64,000 bases of DNA, taken from the NCBI GenBank assembly GCA_030586555.1, contig JAURAC010000002.1, positions 32,001-96,000 of the forward strand, read 5' to 3'. The position numbers and the translations under genes are program-made. Under the pieces are notes generated by a model. The model saw nothing but the letters and a program-made list of their open reading frames with translations. It made no database searches and was not told the DNA's origin. The stretch is from Candidatus Subterrananammoxibius californiae (GTDB lineage: Bacteria; Planctomycetota; Brocadiia; Brocadiales; Subterrananammoxibiaceae). Shown here piece by piece: positions 28,778-38,721 of this stretch (position 1 is its first letter; each line of letters starts with the position of its first letter).

Positions 28778-29092
28778 ATGACTAAACAAGAAAGTATTAG
28801 GCATATCCAGCAACAAATTAAAGAGATTGAGGACATGGAAGGGCTTAATAAGGACCATCCAAGATTTAAGGGTTGGCTTGAAAAGTCTATAGCAATCATT
28901 AAGAGTATAGAAAATCTTGCCCCTAAATATTTAAAGGATTTTGTAAATCTCCCATTCCATGCTATGAGACTTAATCTTGGATGCAACCCACCATCTGACC
29001 CTCATGATATTTCCCGCTATAGAGAAGACATCCACATCGCAAAAACTATCTTAGAAAGTATAGTTGACCAACTCAAGCTTCGCAAGGATTGA
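28778..29092 (+). CDS. Hypothetical helical protein
   Basis: Open frame with plausible composition, starting at the ATG after a heptamer tract. Confidence 0.55.
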   Translation: MTKQESIRHIQQQIKEIEDMEGLNKDHPRFKGWLEKSIAIIKSIENLAPKYLKDFVNLPFHAMRLNLGCNPPSDPHDISRYREDIHIAKTILESIVDQLKLRKD

Positions 29093-29314
29093 AAGTATAC
29101 GAATAGTATACAAGGAATTACCCTTTCTGTTTTTCGCACTACCTTTAGAATATGTTAATAATCCAGGGCAGGTTTCTATTTTTTCAAATTAACGCTATCA
29201 TTTCAAAGTAGCCAAAGAAATAGCTTGCATTTCTGCATAATTAGTTGTTTAATAATGGATAAACCTTATAGCAAATTAAGATTATGAAAAAAAATAACAA
29301 CTGAGGGACGATAG

Positions 29315-30370
29315 ATGACAGGTACTTCATTACCCATCACCATTAATACCATTTCGAGCAAAAAACAGCACAAATCTTCGATTATTAAAGAGGCGAAATT
29401 TTTTCTCGACGTAGAAATTGATGCCATCCGCAGGGTAAAAGACCTCCTTGATGAAAATTTTGAGAAGGCGGTAAACTTACTCTACGATTGCAAGGGAAAG
29501 GTAGTAGTAACGGGGATGGGTAAGAGTGGCATTATCTCAAAGAAGATTGCCGCCACCATGTCCAGTACAGGCACACTTGCAGTCTTCCTGCATCCTGCCG
29601 AGGGGATTCACGGAGACTTGGGTATTGTTACAGCTAACGATGTAGTTCTTGCCCTGAGCAAGAGTGGAGAGACGGAGGAAATCCTGACATTACTACCATC
29701 TATCAAGGAAATTGGCGCAAAGATTATTAGCCTCGTGGGAAATATTCATTCCACACTTGCAAGAGAATCCAACGTCGTAATTGATGCAAGTGTTGAACGA
29801 GAAGCATGCCCACTAAACCTCGTGCCTACGGCAAGCACCACAGTAACTATGGTATTGGGCGATGCCCTGGCAACAAGCTTGATAAAAAAGAGGGGTTTTA
29901 AGTCCCAGGACTTTGCCGTTTATCATCCCGGTGGTATCTTAGGCAAGAGGCTTTTATTAAAGGTTAAGGATTTGATGCACACTGGGGATGAGAATCCCAT
30001 CCTTCATGAAGATACTAATATGAGCGATGTTATTGTTACACTCACAGAGAAGAAGATGGGTGGCGTAAATATAGTAGATACCTGTGGGCATCTACAAGGC
30101 ATCATAACCGATGGCGATTTGCGAAGGTCATTGAAACATAAGGAACGATTATTCAGTCTTAAAGCCAAAGATATAATGACAAAAAATCCAGTCGTAACCT
30201 CACCAGAAGCAAAGGCTGTTGAAGCCCTGGAATTAATGGAAAACAGACCATCCCAGATAATGGTCTTACCTGTAGTTGATACAGAAAAGAAGGTTGTTGG
30301 AATACTCAGGCTTCATGATATTGTAAGGGCGGGATTATATAGCCAAGAGGGAATAGGCAATAGGGAATAG
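29315..30370 (+). CDS. kdsD: Arabinose-5-phosphate isomerase (KdsD/KpsF; SIS + 2 CBS domains)
   Basis: TGMGKSG, HP.EG.HGDLG, S.SGET.E, HPGG.LG, TDGDLRR. Confidence 0.93.
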   Translation: MTGTSLPITINTISSKKQHKSSIIKEAKFFLDVEIDAIRRVKDLLDENFEKAVNLLYDCKGKVVVTGMGKSGIISKKIAATMSSTGTLAVFLHPAEGIHGDLGIVTANDVVLALSKSGETEEILTLLPSIKEIGAKIISLVGNIHSTLARESNVVIDASVEREACPLNLVPTASTTVTMVLGDALATSLIKKRGFKSQDFAVYHPGGILGKRLLLKVKDLMHTGDENPILHEDTNMSDVIVTLTEKKMGGVNIVDTCGHLQGIITDGDLRRSLKHKERLFSLKAKDIMTKNPVVTSPEAKAVEALELMENRPSQIMVLPVVDTEKKVVGILRLHDIVRAGLYSQEGIGNRE

Positions 30371-30397
30371 GGAATATTGGCTATTTTCTACGGCGGC

Positions 30398-30470
30398 GGG
30401 CCCATAGCTCAGTCGGCAGAGCAGCGGACTCATAATCCGCGGGTCCCAGGTTCGAGCCCTGGTGGGCCCA
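30398..30470 (+). tRNA. tRNA with CAT anticodon, most likely tRNA-Ile2 (lysidine); CCA not encoded
   Basis: Cloverleaf: GGGCCCA/TGGGCCC acceptor stem, TAGCTCAG D-arm, GCGGA-CTCATAA-TCCGC anticodon arm, GGTTCGAGCC T-arm. Ile2 versus elongator Met is inferred. Confidence 0.9.
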
Positions 30471-30579
30471 CTTGCATTACAACAACAAAATTTGAAAATT
30501 GAAGAATACAAATCTCAAATTTTAAATTTACAGTTTCCAATTTCCAATTTAGTTGATTCACGAATCTTAAATCCCAAAT

Positions 30580-32277
30580 ATGCCATCTAACAACATCAAA
30601 ACAGACAAACCCAAGCAGCAGAATAACATCATCAACAATATTAACCGGCTGATTGCATCAAGCCTGCTGCCGGATATTTTTAATGCCATAAGCTCAGAGT
30701 TAAAGCGCCTGATAGGCTTTGACCAGATGAACATCATCCTTCTTAGCGAAAAGAACGGAGGGTTTGAATTGCTAGAGTTTACAAGGGATTACGAATCAAG
30801 CAGGTTCAAAGAAGGCGCCTATTTTCGTAAAGAAGGAAGCCTCTGGGCAGAGGTGGTCAGAACCCGTAAGCCTATCATCTTGAAAGACACTAAAAAGGAC
30901 AACTATTGGTTAGGTAGCACCTTATTTAAAGAAGGTATCAGGTCTCGCCTTGCCTTTCCTCTCGAATATAAGGACAAGGTAGTTGGGATAATAAATATGG
31001 AGAGTAGAAGGGCAAGTAATTTCTCTGAGGAACAATTTGGTCTGCTTGAGCAGATTGCCCCTCAGCTCGCCATTGCGGTAGAAAATGCGATACTCTTCAA
31101 AAGGATTACCACATCAGAAGAAAAATACAAAACATTATTTGACCATGCCGCAGACCCTATAATACTTACTAACTCCGATGGAAGGATTACTACCGTCAAC
31201 GGCAGGGAAAAGACCATTATAGGTTACTCCGCAGATGAACTACTCGGCAAAGAAATATCCTGCCTATTGCCAGAGGAATATCGTAAAGCGGTATCAAAAC
31301 TTCTTGCCGACCTGTCTACGGATGGACGCACACAGGCAGATAGTGCAACTTTTCATGACAAGCTACCTACCATTGAATTACAGGTCTTGAGCAAAAATAA
31401 GCAATTAATCCCGATGGAGCTGGACGCTATTTCGGTTAAGGATGGTAGTAAGCTATTGTACACACAGATTCAATTAAGGGACATTAGCGAAAGGAAAAAA
31501 GCCCTGGAAGAGGCAAGAAGATACGCAGAGCACCTTGAGAAGGCTAACAAGGAACTGACAGAAACTCAGACCCAGTTAATCCATAGCGCAAGGCTCGCCT
31601 CTGTGGGCCAACTTGCTGCAGGCATAGCTCATCAGGTTAACAGCCCTTTGGGGGCAGTATCAGGCCGTATTCAGATGCTTATAAATAGCCTCGATGGTCT
31701 TGATAAAGCATCCCTTCGCGAGCAGCTGAGTAAGGTAGCTAATGATTGTACGCGTGTTACCAATATTATAAACGATCTCCTGGATTTTTCCAGAAAAGCA
31801 AGACCTACTAAAACCCCGGTGGCTGTTAATCTACTCTTGGAAAACGCCCTCGGTATGACAATACATTCCTTTATGTCAAAAAAGATACAAGTTAAGAAAA
31901 TACTGGATCCGAACCCTCTTATGGTTAATGGCGTAGCCGATGACTTGACTCACGTCTTTATAAATATTATAACTAATGCTATTGATGCTATGGAAGAAAA
32001 TGGTAAGCTTGAAATTAAAAGTAGATTTATTAAAGACACTGGAAAGTTCCTCAAACCGATGGTCGAGATTTCTATCAAAGACAATGGTCATGGTATCAGT
32101 GAAAAAGACCAGCCACGAATCTTTGAACCATTTTATACAACAAAAGAGGCTGGAAAGGGGACTGGATTGGGACTCGCAATAGCTAAACGAATCCTTGACT
32201 TTCACAATGCTCAAATTAACGTCGTCAGTAAAGAAGGAGAGGGAACGACATTTTTCATCTACTTACCTCAAGGCTGA
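30580..32277 (+). CDS. Cytoplasmic GAF-PAS sensor histidine kinase
   Basis: GAF and PAS domains, H-box GIAHQVNSPL, N.I.NA.DA, DNG.G, GTGLGL. Confidence 0.9.
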   Translation: MPSNNIKTDKPKQQNNIINNINRLIASSLLPDIFNAISSELKRLIGFDQMNIILLSEKNGGFELLEFTRDYESSRFKEGAYFRKEGSLWAEVVRTRKPIILKDTKKDNYWLGSTLFKEGIRSRLAFPLEYKDKVVGIINMESRRASNFSEEQFGLLEQIAPQLAIAVENAILFKRITTSEEKYKTLFDHAADPIILTNSDGRITTVNGREKTIIGYSADELLGKEISCLLPEEYRKAVSKLLADLSTDGRTQADSATFHDKLPTIELQVLSKNKQLIPMELDAISVKDGSKLLYTQIQLRDISERKKALEEARRYAEHLEKANKELTETQTQLIHSARLASVGQLAAGIAHQVNSPLGAVSGRIQMLINSLDGLDKASLREQLSKVANDCTRVTNIINDLLDFSRKARPTKTPVAVNLLLENALGMTIHSFMSKKIQVKKILDPNPLMVNGVADDLTHVFINIITNAIDAMEENGKLEIKSRFIKDTGKFLKPMVEISIKDNGHGISEKDQPRIFEPFYTTKEAGKGTGLGLAIAKRILDFHNAQINVVSKEGEGTTFFIYLPQG

Positions 32278-32298
32278 GGGCTGAAGGCTGAAGATACT

Positions 32299-33732
32299 AT
32301 GAATAGCAAAGCCAAGATACTAATAATTGAAGATGATAATAGCATGCGGGATTTCCTTAAGGATTTCCTGGAGCATGAGGGATACTCCGTCCAGGCTGCA
32401 ATTAACGGACGTGAAGGGTTAGAAATAATTAAAAAGGAATACTTCGATTTGGTTATAACCGACGTTGTTATGCCCGAAGTTGACGGCGTTGAGGTCCTGA
32501 GGTCAATTAAAGGAAGCAACATAGAGACCTCGATAATTGTTATAACCGGGCAAGCATCCATTCGCCAGGCTGTGGAATTCATAAAGATGGGCGCAGACGA
32601 TTACTTCAAAAAACCTTTTATCACGGATGAGATACTGCTGGTAATAGAAAGATGCATAAGACAGCGGAAGTTAGCAAACGAGAATACTGAACTTCGCCAT
32701 AGATTAGGCAGGCGGCATGAATTTCCAGAAATTATTGGCGGCAGCGAAAAGATGCAGGTTATACTTGATTTGATATTAAAAGTGGCTGACTCTGATGCAA
32801 CAGTCCTAATCCTGGGAGAAAGTGGAACTGGAAAGGAATTAGTAGCAAGGGCAATCCACGAAAAAGGTCTGAGAAAAAGCCATCCATTTATTCCAGTAAA
32901 TTGTGGCGCTATTCCCGAGACCTTACTTGAGTCCGAATTATTTGGTTATGAAAAGGGCTCATTTACAGGCGCCGATGTACAAAAACAGGGCTTTTTTGAG
33001 GCAGCAGATAAAGGAACAATCTTCCTCGACGAGATAGGGGAAATGGGGCAATCCCTTCAGGTAAAATTACTGAGAATCCTTGAAACCAGGATGCTATATC
33101 GTATAGGGTCTAATAAGGGCAAGGAAATTAACGTAAGGGTTATAGCTGCAACAAACAAGAACCTAAAAGAAGAGGTACAAAAAAAGGAATTCCGACAGGA
33201 CCTCTTCTATCGCTTTAATGTATTTCCGATAGTCCTTCCTTCACTAAGGGAGCGGAGGGAAGACATTCCCCTGCTGGTTAATTGGTTCCTTGAAAAACAC
33301 AAGTACAAAGGAAAAAAGGTTAGTATAGCATCAGAGGCACTAAAATTGCTTACTAACACCTTATATAGCTGGCCAGGCAACGTCAGGGAACTGGAGAATG
33401 TTATAGCAAGGGCAACAATCCTCAGTCTTGGCAAGGAGATTACCGTTGACCTTCTGCCACCGGAAATCCGAACCCCTGATGTTTCCAAGCTCTATTACGG
33501 CGAAATTTATGAAAAGCCGTTTAAGGAAGCAAAACAGGCATTTGAAAGACGGTATGTTGAGAAATTGCTCCAGAAGACAGAAAATGATTTTAACATTGCA
33601 TCACAATTCGCCGGTCTTTCAAGGGCATACCTGTACGAAATGGTTAAGAAATATGATATAGATTCTGGAAGAAGAAAAAAGGACATCAAAAATATTTTGC
33701 TTAGTAAGGACACCATGCCTACTATTTCGTAG
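32299..33732 (+). CDS. NtrC-family sigma54-dependent response regulator
   Basis: Receiver domain, GESGTGKE, ESELFG..KGSFTGA, WPGNVREL, C-terminal HTH. Confidence 0.93.
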   Translation: MNSKAKILIIEDDNSMRDFLKDFLEHEGYSVQAAINGREGLEIIKKEYFDLVITDVVMPEVDGVEVLRSIKGSNIETSIIVITGQASIRQAVEFIKMGADDYFKKPFITDEILLVIERCIRQRKLANENTELRHRLGRRHEFPEIIGGSEKMQVILDLILKVADSDATVLILGESGTGKELVARAIHEKGLRKSHPFIPVNCGAIPETLLESELFGYEKGSFTGADVQKQGFFEAADKGTIFLDEIGEMGQSLQVKLLRILETRMLYRIGSNKGKEINVRVIAATNKNLKEEVQKKEFRQDLFYRFNVFPIVLPSLRERREDIPLLVNWFLEKHKYKGKKVSIASEALKLLTNTLYSWPGNVRELENVIARATILSLGKEITVDLLPPEIRTPDVSKLYYGEIYEKPFKEAKQAFERRYVEKLLQKTENDFNIASQFAGLSRAYLYEMVKKYDIDSGRRKKDIKNILLSKDTMPTIS

Positions 33733-34708
33733 GCGCCAATTGCTCCTTTTTTGTACTTTCAAGACTATGGCGAATTAACGTCCTCAGCACATAACTCCTC
33801 TCTGCCCCTCCCAACAACATCTTTAAATCGTCATACAGTGTTGGGTCATTAATGATTGCACCGAGGGTGCCTTCGCCTGCTGCTGTTTTGTCAGTAATAT
33901 CTTTTAGATTGGCGAGGGTAGCAGAAAGGTCATCTAACATCTTAGATTTTTCTGCATCATACAAAAGGCTGTATAAAAGACCTTTATTGGTGCTAATCTG
34001 TGCAAGGAGTTCATCAATCCTGTCCGGCAGTTTCGCAAACTTTTTGGATGCGTTCTTAAATTCTTGAACGCTTTCTGACACGCTACTGAGAATCTTGCCA
34101 CCTTCGGGATCGAAAATCATGGCGTGCATTAGACCCTCTCCACCCTTAATTTCCTCGCCAAATGCCCTGATTGACCTTGCCGCATCGTTAAGGGCATCAA
34201 AGAATCCCCCCCCCTCTAAATTTTTAAACCTCCCCGCAACTGCATTAAGGGTGTTAATACTTCCCTCGAAAGCGGCAGTATAATCTATCGGCTGAATCCC
34301 CATTACGTAGCCCCCTTCTTTCACCGCAGGCTTATCACTGCTTCCGATGGTAATTTCTATGTAGGAATCCCCCGTAACATAACTAAGCCATTTTATAGTA
34401 GCCTCAGAATCCTCTCTAATCCTATCTTGCACACCTTTGCTCATCCGCATAACAACTTCCATGTTCTTCTCTGCCAAGCCTTTTGGGAAAAGAATAGCAT
34501 CTACCTCCCCCACATCCATCCCTGCAAGCCTGACGGGCGCGCCCTCCCTTAATCCACGCACATTAGAGAAGGTGGTTTTAATTTCGTACCGTTGCTTGAA
34601 AAGTCCCCGCTCGGTGCCGAGCACAAAGATAATTACAGCCATACCAACTGATACAATAACTACGAAAAAACCCGCTCTTATAGCAGCTGCCTGTTCTCTA
34701 CCAAACAT
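33722..34708 (-). CDS. mlaD: MlaD/MCE-domain protein
   Basis: TM helix, GL..GAPV.LAG..VG.V, GEGTLG..I.DP.LY. Confidence 0.85.
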   Translation of the reverse strand: MFGREQAAAIRAGFFVVIVSVGMAVIIFVLGTERGLFKQRYEIKTTFSNVRGLREGAPVRLAGMDVGEVDAILFPKGLAEKNMEVVMRMSKGVQDRIREDSEATIKWLSYVTGDSYIEITIGSSDKPAVKEGGYVMGIQPIDYTAAFEGSINTLNAVAGRFKNLEGGGFFDALNDAARSIRAFGEEIKGGEGLMHAMIFDPEGGKILSSVSESVQEFKNASKKFAKLPDRIDELLAQISTNKGLLYSLLYDAEKSKMLDDLSATLANLKDITDKTAAGEGTLGAIINDPTLYDDLKMLLGGAERSYVLRTLIRHSLESTKKEQLAPTK

Positions 34709-34794
34709 GGCTCATCACCCCTTCCAACTGCGGAATGCAGAGTGCGGATTGCGGAATTATTCCGAACTCCGCATTCCGAAATCCGAATTCCACA

Positions 34795-35637
34795 TTAACA
34801 AATATTTCCCTCTAAGAAATCTTTTACTATTTTAAGACTCGAATGTTCGAAATCCTTCCACGTTCCTTCCGCAATGATTCTTCCCTCGTAAAGCATTACA
34901 ATACGGTCGGTAATCATCTTAACGCTGTACATATCATGTGTCACTACTATCGAAGTAACTCCCGTTTTATCCCGTAAATCCAGCATCAGGTCATTTATCT
35001 TTCGAGCATTAATAGGGTCTACCCCCGTATTGGGCTCATCGTAGAGGAGAATCTTTGGGTCAGTAGCTATCGCCCTTGCGAGGCCTACCCTCTTTTTCAT
35101 ACCACCGCTTAATTCTTCAGGCAGTTTTTCTTCAATTCCCTCAAGTCCAACAAGCCTCAGCTTCTCTGCAACCTTTCTTCTTATTTCTAACCATCCCATT
35201 TTTGAATGTTCCAGTAGTGGATAGGCAATATTCTCAAAAACCGTTAAGGAGTCAAATAGGGCGGCACCCTGAAAAAGCATCCCGACATGCTTGCGTATCT
35301 CAAGCAGTTCTTCTTCCTCCATTCGAGCGACATCCCTGCCCATTACAAAAATATTTCCACTGTCCGGCTTCAGCAACCCGATTAACTCTTTCAAGAGCAC
35401 ACTTTTCCCTGAGCCGCTGCCTCCTATAAGTGATAATATCTCCCCCTCTTTAACACAGAAGCTTATGCCCCGGTGAACAGGCAGCCCATTAAATGACTTA
35501 TGCACATCTTTAAATTCTATAATATGATTATCAGACATCTCCATCTTTTTTAGCAGCTTTAGCCTGCGTAAACGGGGGTGGCATGGATAAACTTGTTTAT
35601 CCGTGCAAGTTGAGTAGATAAGCACGGGCACGGACAA
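34795..35637 (-). CDS. mlaF: MlaF-type ABC ATPase (true start likely near 35544)
   Basis: GGSGSGKS, LSGGMKKRVGLARA, LYDEP. Confidence 0.9.
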   Translation of the reverse strand: MSVPVLIYSTCTDKQVYPCHPRLRRLKLLKKMEMSDNHIIEFKDVHKSFNGLPVHRGISFCVKEGEILSLIGGSGSGKSVLLKELIGLLKPDSGNIFVMGRDVARMEEEELLEIRKHVGMLFQGAALFDSLTVFENIAYPLLEHSKMGWLEIRRKVAEKLRLVGLEGIEEKLPEELSGGMKKRVGLARAIATDPKILLYDEPNTGVDPINARKINDLMLDLRDKTGVTSIVVTHDMYSVKMITDRIVMLYEGRIIAEGTWKDFEHSSLKIVKDFLEGNIC

Positions 35638-35666
35638 ATGAATTTGTCCATGCCACCCTGTCCATC

Positions 35667-36449
35667 TCAGAAAATAAGCATAAATAACTTTGTAATAAAG
35701 AAATCACTAATCAGGATAAGCACCGATATAGTAACCACTGCAACGGTTGTAGACCTTCCTACACCCGTAGTACCACCATACGTACTAAATCCATAATAAC
35801 ATCCGAATATGGAAATTATCAAACCAAAAAAAATGGTTTTACCCACTCCGCTTAAGAAATCAGAGATTTTTATTGTATCCCATACACTCTCAAGATAATA
35901 ATGATAGTCAATATTAAGTTCAAAGATAGATACTACCAATCCACCAAAGATACCTACAACATCCGCTGAAACGGCAAGTAGGGGAAGGACAAGCACGGAA
36001 GCAATTATCTTTGGCGTAACTAACTTTTTTATGGGGTCAGCCCCGAGCGCCCTTATCGCATCAATTTGCTCGGTAACCTGCATTGAGCCTATTTCTGCGG
36101 TAATACCAGAACCCACGCGTGCCCCTACCATGATAGCAGTGAAAACAGGACCCAGTTCCCTCACGAGGGAAAGTGACACTACCGTTCCAACGTATAATTC
36201 AGCGCCAAACTCTCTCAAACCATATATCGTCTGGAGCGCCAGCACCATCCCTCCAAATAGTGCCATGAGGTCAACCACTATCAGCGACTTAGTTCCAATG
36301 TTGTCCACCTCTTTAACAACAAGCATAAAATTAAAAGGAGGGACGAATATCCCTGCTATTCCTTTGACAGTGAGCAGGAATACTATCCCCACAGACCGCA
36401 CAAACCTTCGTAACCAATCATCTAAAGAAACTAACGCTTTTTTAAGCAT
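35667..36449 (-). CDS. mlaE: MlaE-type ABC permease
   Basis: RELGPV, AEIGSM.VTEQIDA, GVG.STT.AVV. Confidence 0.9.
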   Translation of the reverse strand: MLKKALVSLDDWLRRFVRSVGIVFLLTVKGIAGIFVPPFNFMLVVKEVDNIGTKSLIVVDLMALFGGMVLALQTIYGLREFGAELYVGTVVSLSLVRELGPVFTAIMVGARVGSGITAEIGSMQVTEQIDAIRALGADPIKKLVTPKIIASVLVLPLLAVSADVVGIFGGLVVSIFELNIDYHYYLESVWDTIKISDFLSGVGKTIFFGLIISIFGCYYGFSTYGGTTGVGRSTTVAVVTISVLILISDFFITKLFMLIF

Positions 36450-36494
36450 AAGATTTTAAAAACCAGTGGCACTTGACTAACACCTCACCACTTG

Positions 36495-37157
36495 TCACTC
36501 GTCACTGCTTTTTATAAACACAAAGCTTCTAACCATTCTTTCAAAATCGTCAAGTGCCTCATCGAAACAGTGAGGCTGTGCCCAATAAACCAGGTCATAA
36601 ACCCAACCTTTCCTTGCTACCACATAAGAGCTTATCTTTATCTCGCTACCATTAACTTCACCAATTAAAACAGTGTGTAACGCCCTCTGTTCGGATAAGG
36701 TAACGTTCTGCTTGCTAAGTATCCTCCTATCCTTAATTCCAATAAAAAGATGGGTTTGCAAGACATCCAGAGGTAATTTGCCATATTCTTGTCGACGGGA
36801 GATTATTGCAAAGGACGAAATGCCATTTCGACAGACTTGCTTTTCATCACCACCTGCGGCTGATTTCCACATTGCAAGGTCTTCGCCTATCCCTTGTTTC
36901 TGGTAGGACCATCCTTCTTTTGGAAGGACTACTTTGTATTCTTTTTGGGGACTGGTGAACGTGCCGCTAACAATTATCTGTTGCGTCTGACAACCGATAA
37001 ATAAGACAAAAAGAACCGTACTAAGGCGTCTTATCAACAGATTCAGGATTTCGGATTTTGGATTCCGGATTTTGGATTGTTTTTTATTATTCCACATTCC
37101 GCAATCTCCATTCCACATTTCTTCAGTATGCCATTTAGCAAAAATAGTGTCAAACAA
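36495..37157 (-). CDS. Putative lipoprotein associated with the mla genes (start uncertain)
   Basis: FIGC lipobox; YDLVY.A...F.....DF...V.SF C-terminus. Confidence 0.6.
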   Translation of the reverse strand: MFDTIFAKWHTEEMWNGDCGMWNNKKQSKIRNPKSEILNLLIRRLSTVLFVLFIGCQTQQIIVSGTFTSPQKEYKVVLPKEGWSYQKQGIGEDLAMWKSAAGGDEKQVCRNGISSFAIISRRQEYGKLPLDVLQTHLFIGIKDRRILSKQNVTLSEQRALHTVLIGEVNGSEIKISSYVVARKGWVYDLVYWAQPHCFDEALDDFERMVRSFVFIKSSDE

Positions 37158-37268
37158 AAAAACGCTGATTCAATCTTAAAGATTGAACCAGCGTTTAGCG
37201 CTAAGGGTCAGAAATTAATTGTCCCGGATGAACGCATTTTGAGCTTAGGAAGGCAAGAAAAAATATTT

Positions 37269-38453
37269 CTATCGGTCCATTTCCATTATTTCATCATTAA
37301 AAGGAATAACAGCTTCTTCAAACTTTCCTTCCATGACAGCAGCCGATGAGCCTCCCTTTTCTGATTTCTTTGCGGTCTGATATTCGGTAAATGTTCGTTC
37401 TGCCTCTGCCGCCATTCCTTTTACCTCGTAAATCTTCGAAAGGTTATAATAGGCGTCTGCATACGAACGGTCAAGCTTTACTGTTTCTTTATACTCAACC
37501 AACGCCTCGTCTAACATTCCTTTCATGTAGTATAAAGACGCCAGATTAAACCGTGCATGAACATGATTTGGGTCAAGCTCTACAGCAGTCTTTGTCTCAG
37601 ATAAAGCATGGTCTAAATCGTTTTTCTTCCCGTACAGCACGCCTAAAAGATAATGAGGTTCTGCAAGATTTGGGTTAATCTCTATAGCCTTATTAAAATT
37701 ATTCATTGATTCATCAATAGACCCTTGTGCAAAATATAAGAGACCAAGGTTCACGTGCACATCTGGATAATTGAGGTTAATTTCAAGGGTCTTTTTATAT
37801 TGCTCTATGGCTTCTTCATATCTTTGCATATCCTGGTACGCAACACCGAGATTGAAATGTGCTTTATCATATTCTGGATAAAGCTCTATTGAACGCTCGT
37901 AAAGCGGTACTGCCCTTTCTGGCAGGTTCATGTCGTGGTTAACGACACCAAGGTTAAAATACGCAAAGGCATTATACGGCTCAAGTTCTAAGACCTTCTT
38001 ATATTCCGCCATAGCATCCTCTATTTTGTTTCTTCTGTGAAAGTATGTTCCAAGCGCCATGTGCGCTTCGGCATCATTGGGATTGCGCTCAATTGCCTTT
38101 ATACACCTTGTATAATCATCAAGTGGCGCTCCAATTTTATTATATGTCTCCGCAAGTTTTTTATAGGCATCGGGATAATTGGAATTTAGTTCTATAGCCT
38201 TTCTAAATTCTTTAGCAGCGTCCTCAAGCATCCCTTTTTCTAAATAAGCATTTCCAAGGGCGTAATGAGCTTCTGGAAGGTTGGGCTTGATTTCTACAGC
38301 CTTTTTGTATGCATTAGTCGCTTCATCAAGCTTTCCCTGATTAAGCATATCGTTGCCCGTTTTTAAGTGTTTCTGCGCAGTATAAAGGCATCCTGAAGTC
38401 GCAAAAAGTGATGCAATAACGAATATAGACCATGTCTTACTAAAATAAAACAT
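37269..38453 (-). CDS. Multi-TPR lipoprotein
   Basis: TSGC lipobox and about 9 TPR repeats. Confidence 0.88.
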   Translation of the reverse strand: MFYFSKTWSIFVIASLFATSGCLYTAQKHLKTGNDMLNQGKLDEATNAYKKAVEIKPNLPEAHYALGNAYLEKGMLEDAAKEFRKAIELNSNYPDAYKKLAETYNKIGAPLDDYTRCIKAIERNPNDAEAHMALGTYFHRRNKIEDAMAEYKKVLELEPYNAFAYFNLGVVNHDMNLPERAVPLYERSIELYPEYDKAHFNLGVAYQDMQRYEEAIEQYKKTLEINLNYPDVHVNLGLLYFAQGSIDESMNNFNKAIEINPNLAEPHYLLGVLYGKKNDLDHALSETKTAVELDPNHVHARFNLASLYYMKGMLDEALVEYKETVKLDRSYADAYYNLSKIYEVKGMAAEAERTFTEYQTAKKSEKGGSSAAVMEGKFEEAVIPFNDEIMEMDR

Positions 38454-38503
38454 AATAAACTCCTATGCAAGTTTAATTAAAGTAAATCGCTTACTTACAA
38501 CAG

Positions 38504-38534
38504 AAAAAAACCCACCTCTCTGGTGGGTTTTTTT
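38504..38534. terminator. Rho-independent terminator downstream of hdh
   Basis: aaaaaaacccac-ctctctg-gtgggttttttt. Confidence 0.7.
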
Positions 38535-38721
38535 ACGTTTAAGGCTATAGTGACGAGATTCTTCGCTTCGCTACGAATGACACTCCGTGTCAGTCTAATC
38601 AAAAACCTTAAAAGAAGCTGCACGGAACCATCATAACTTTAAGACGGTCCGTGCAGCTCTTAGATAACACACAAACAGCTCTCAGAGTCTTCAGCGAAGT
38701 CTGAGCTATTGGGAACATACT

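Noticed and set aside
30398..30580. Integrative element at the tRNA
   Set aside because: No integrase nearby, and no duplicated tRNA 3' end was seen in the window.
35545..35637. N-terminal extension of MlaF
   Set aside because: It consists of repeat-element sequence; the ABC domain begins downstream.
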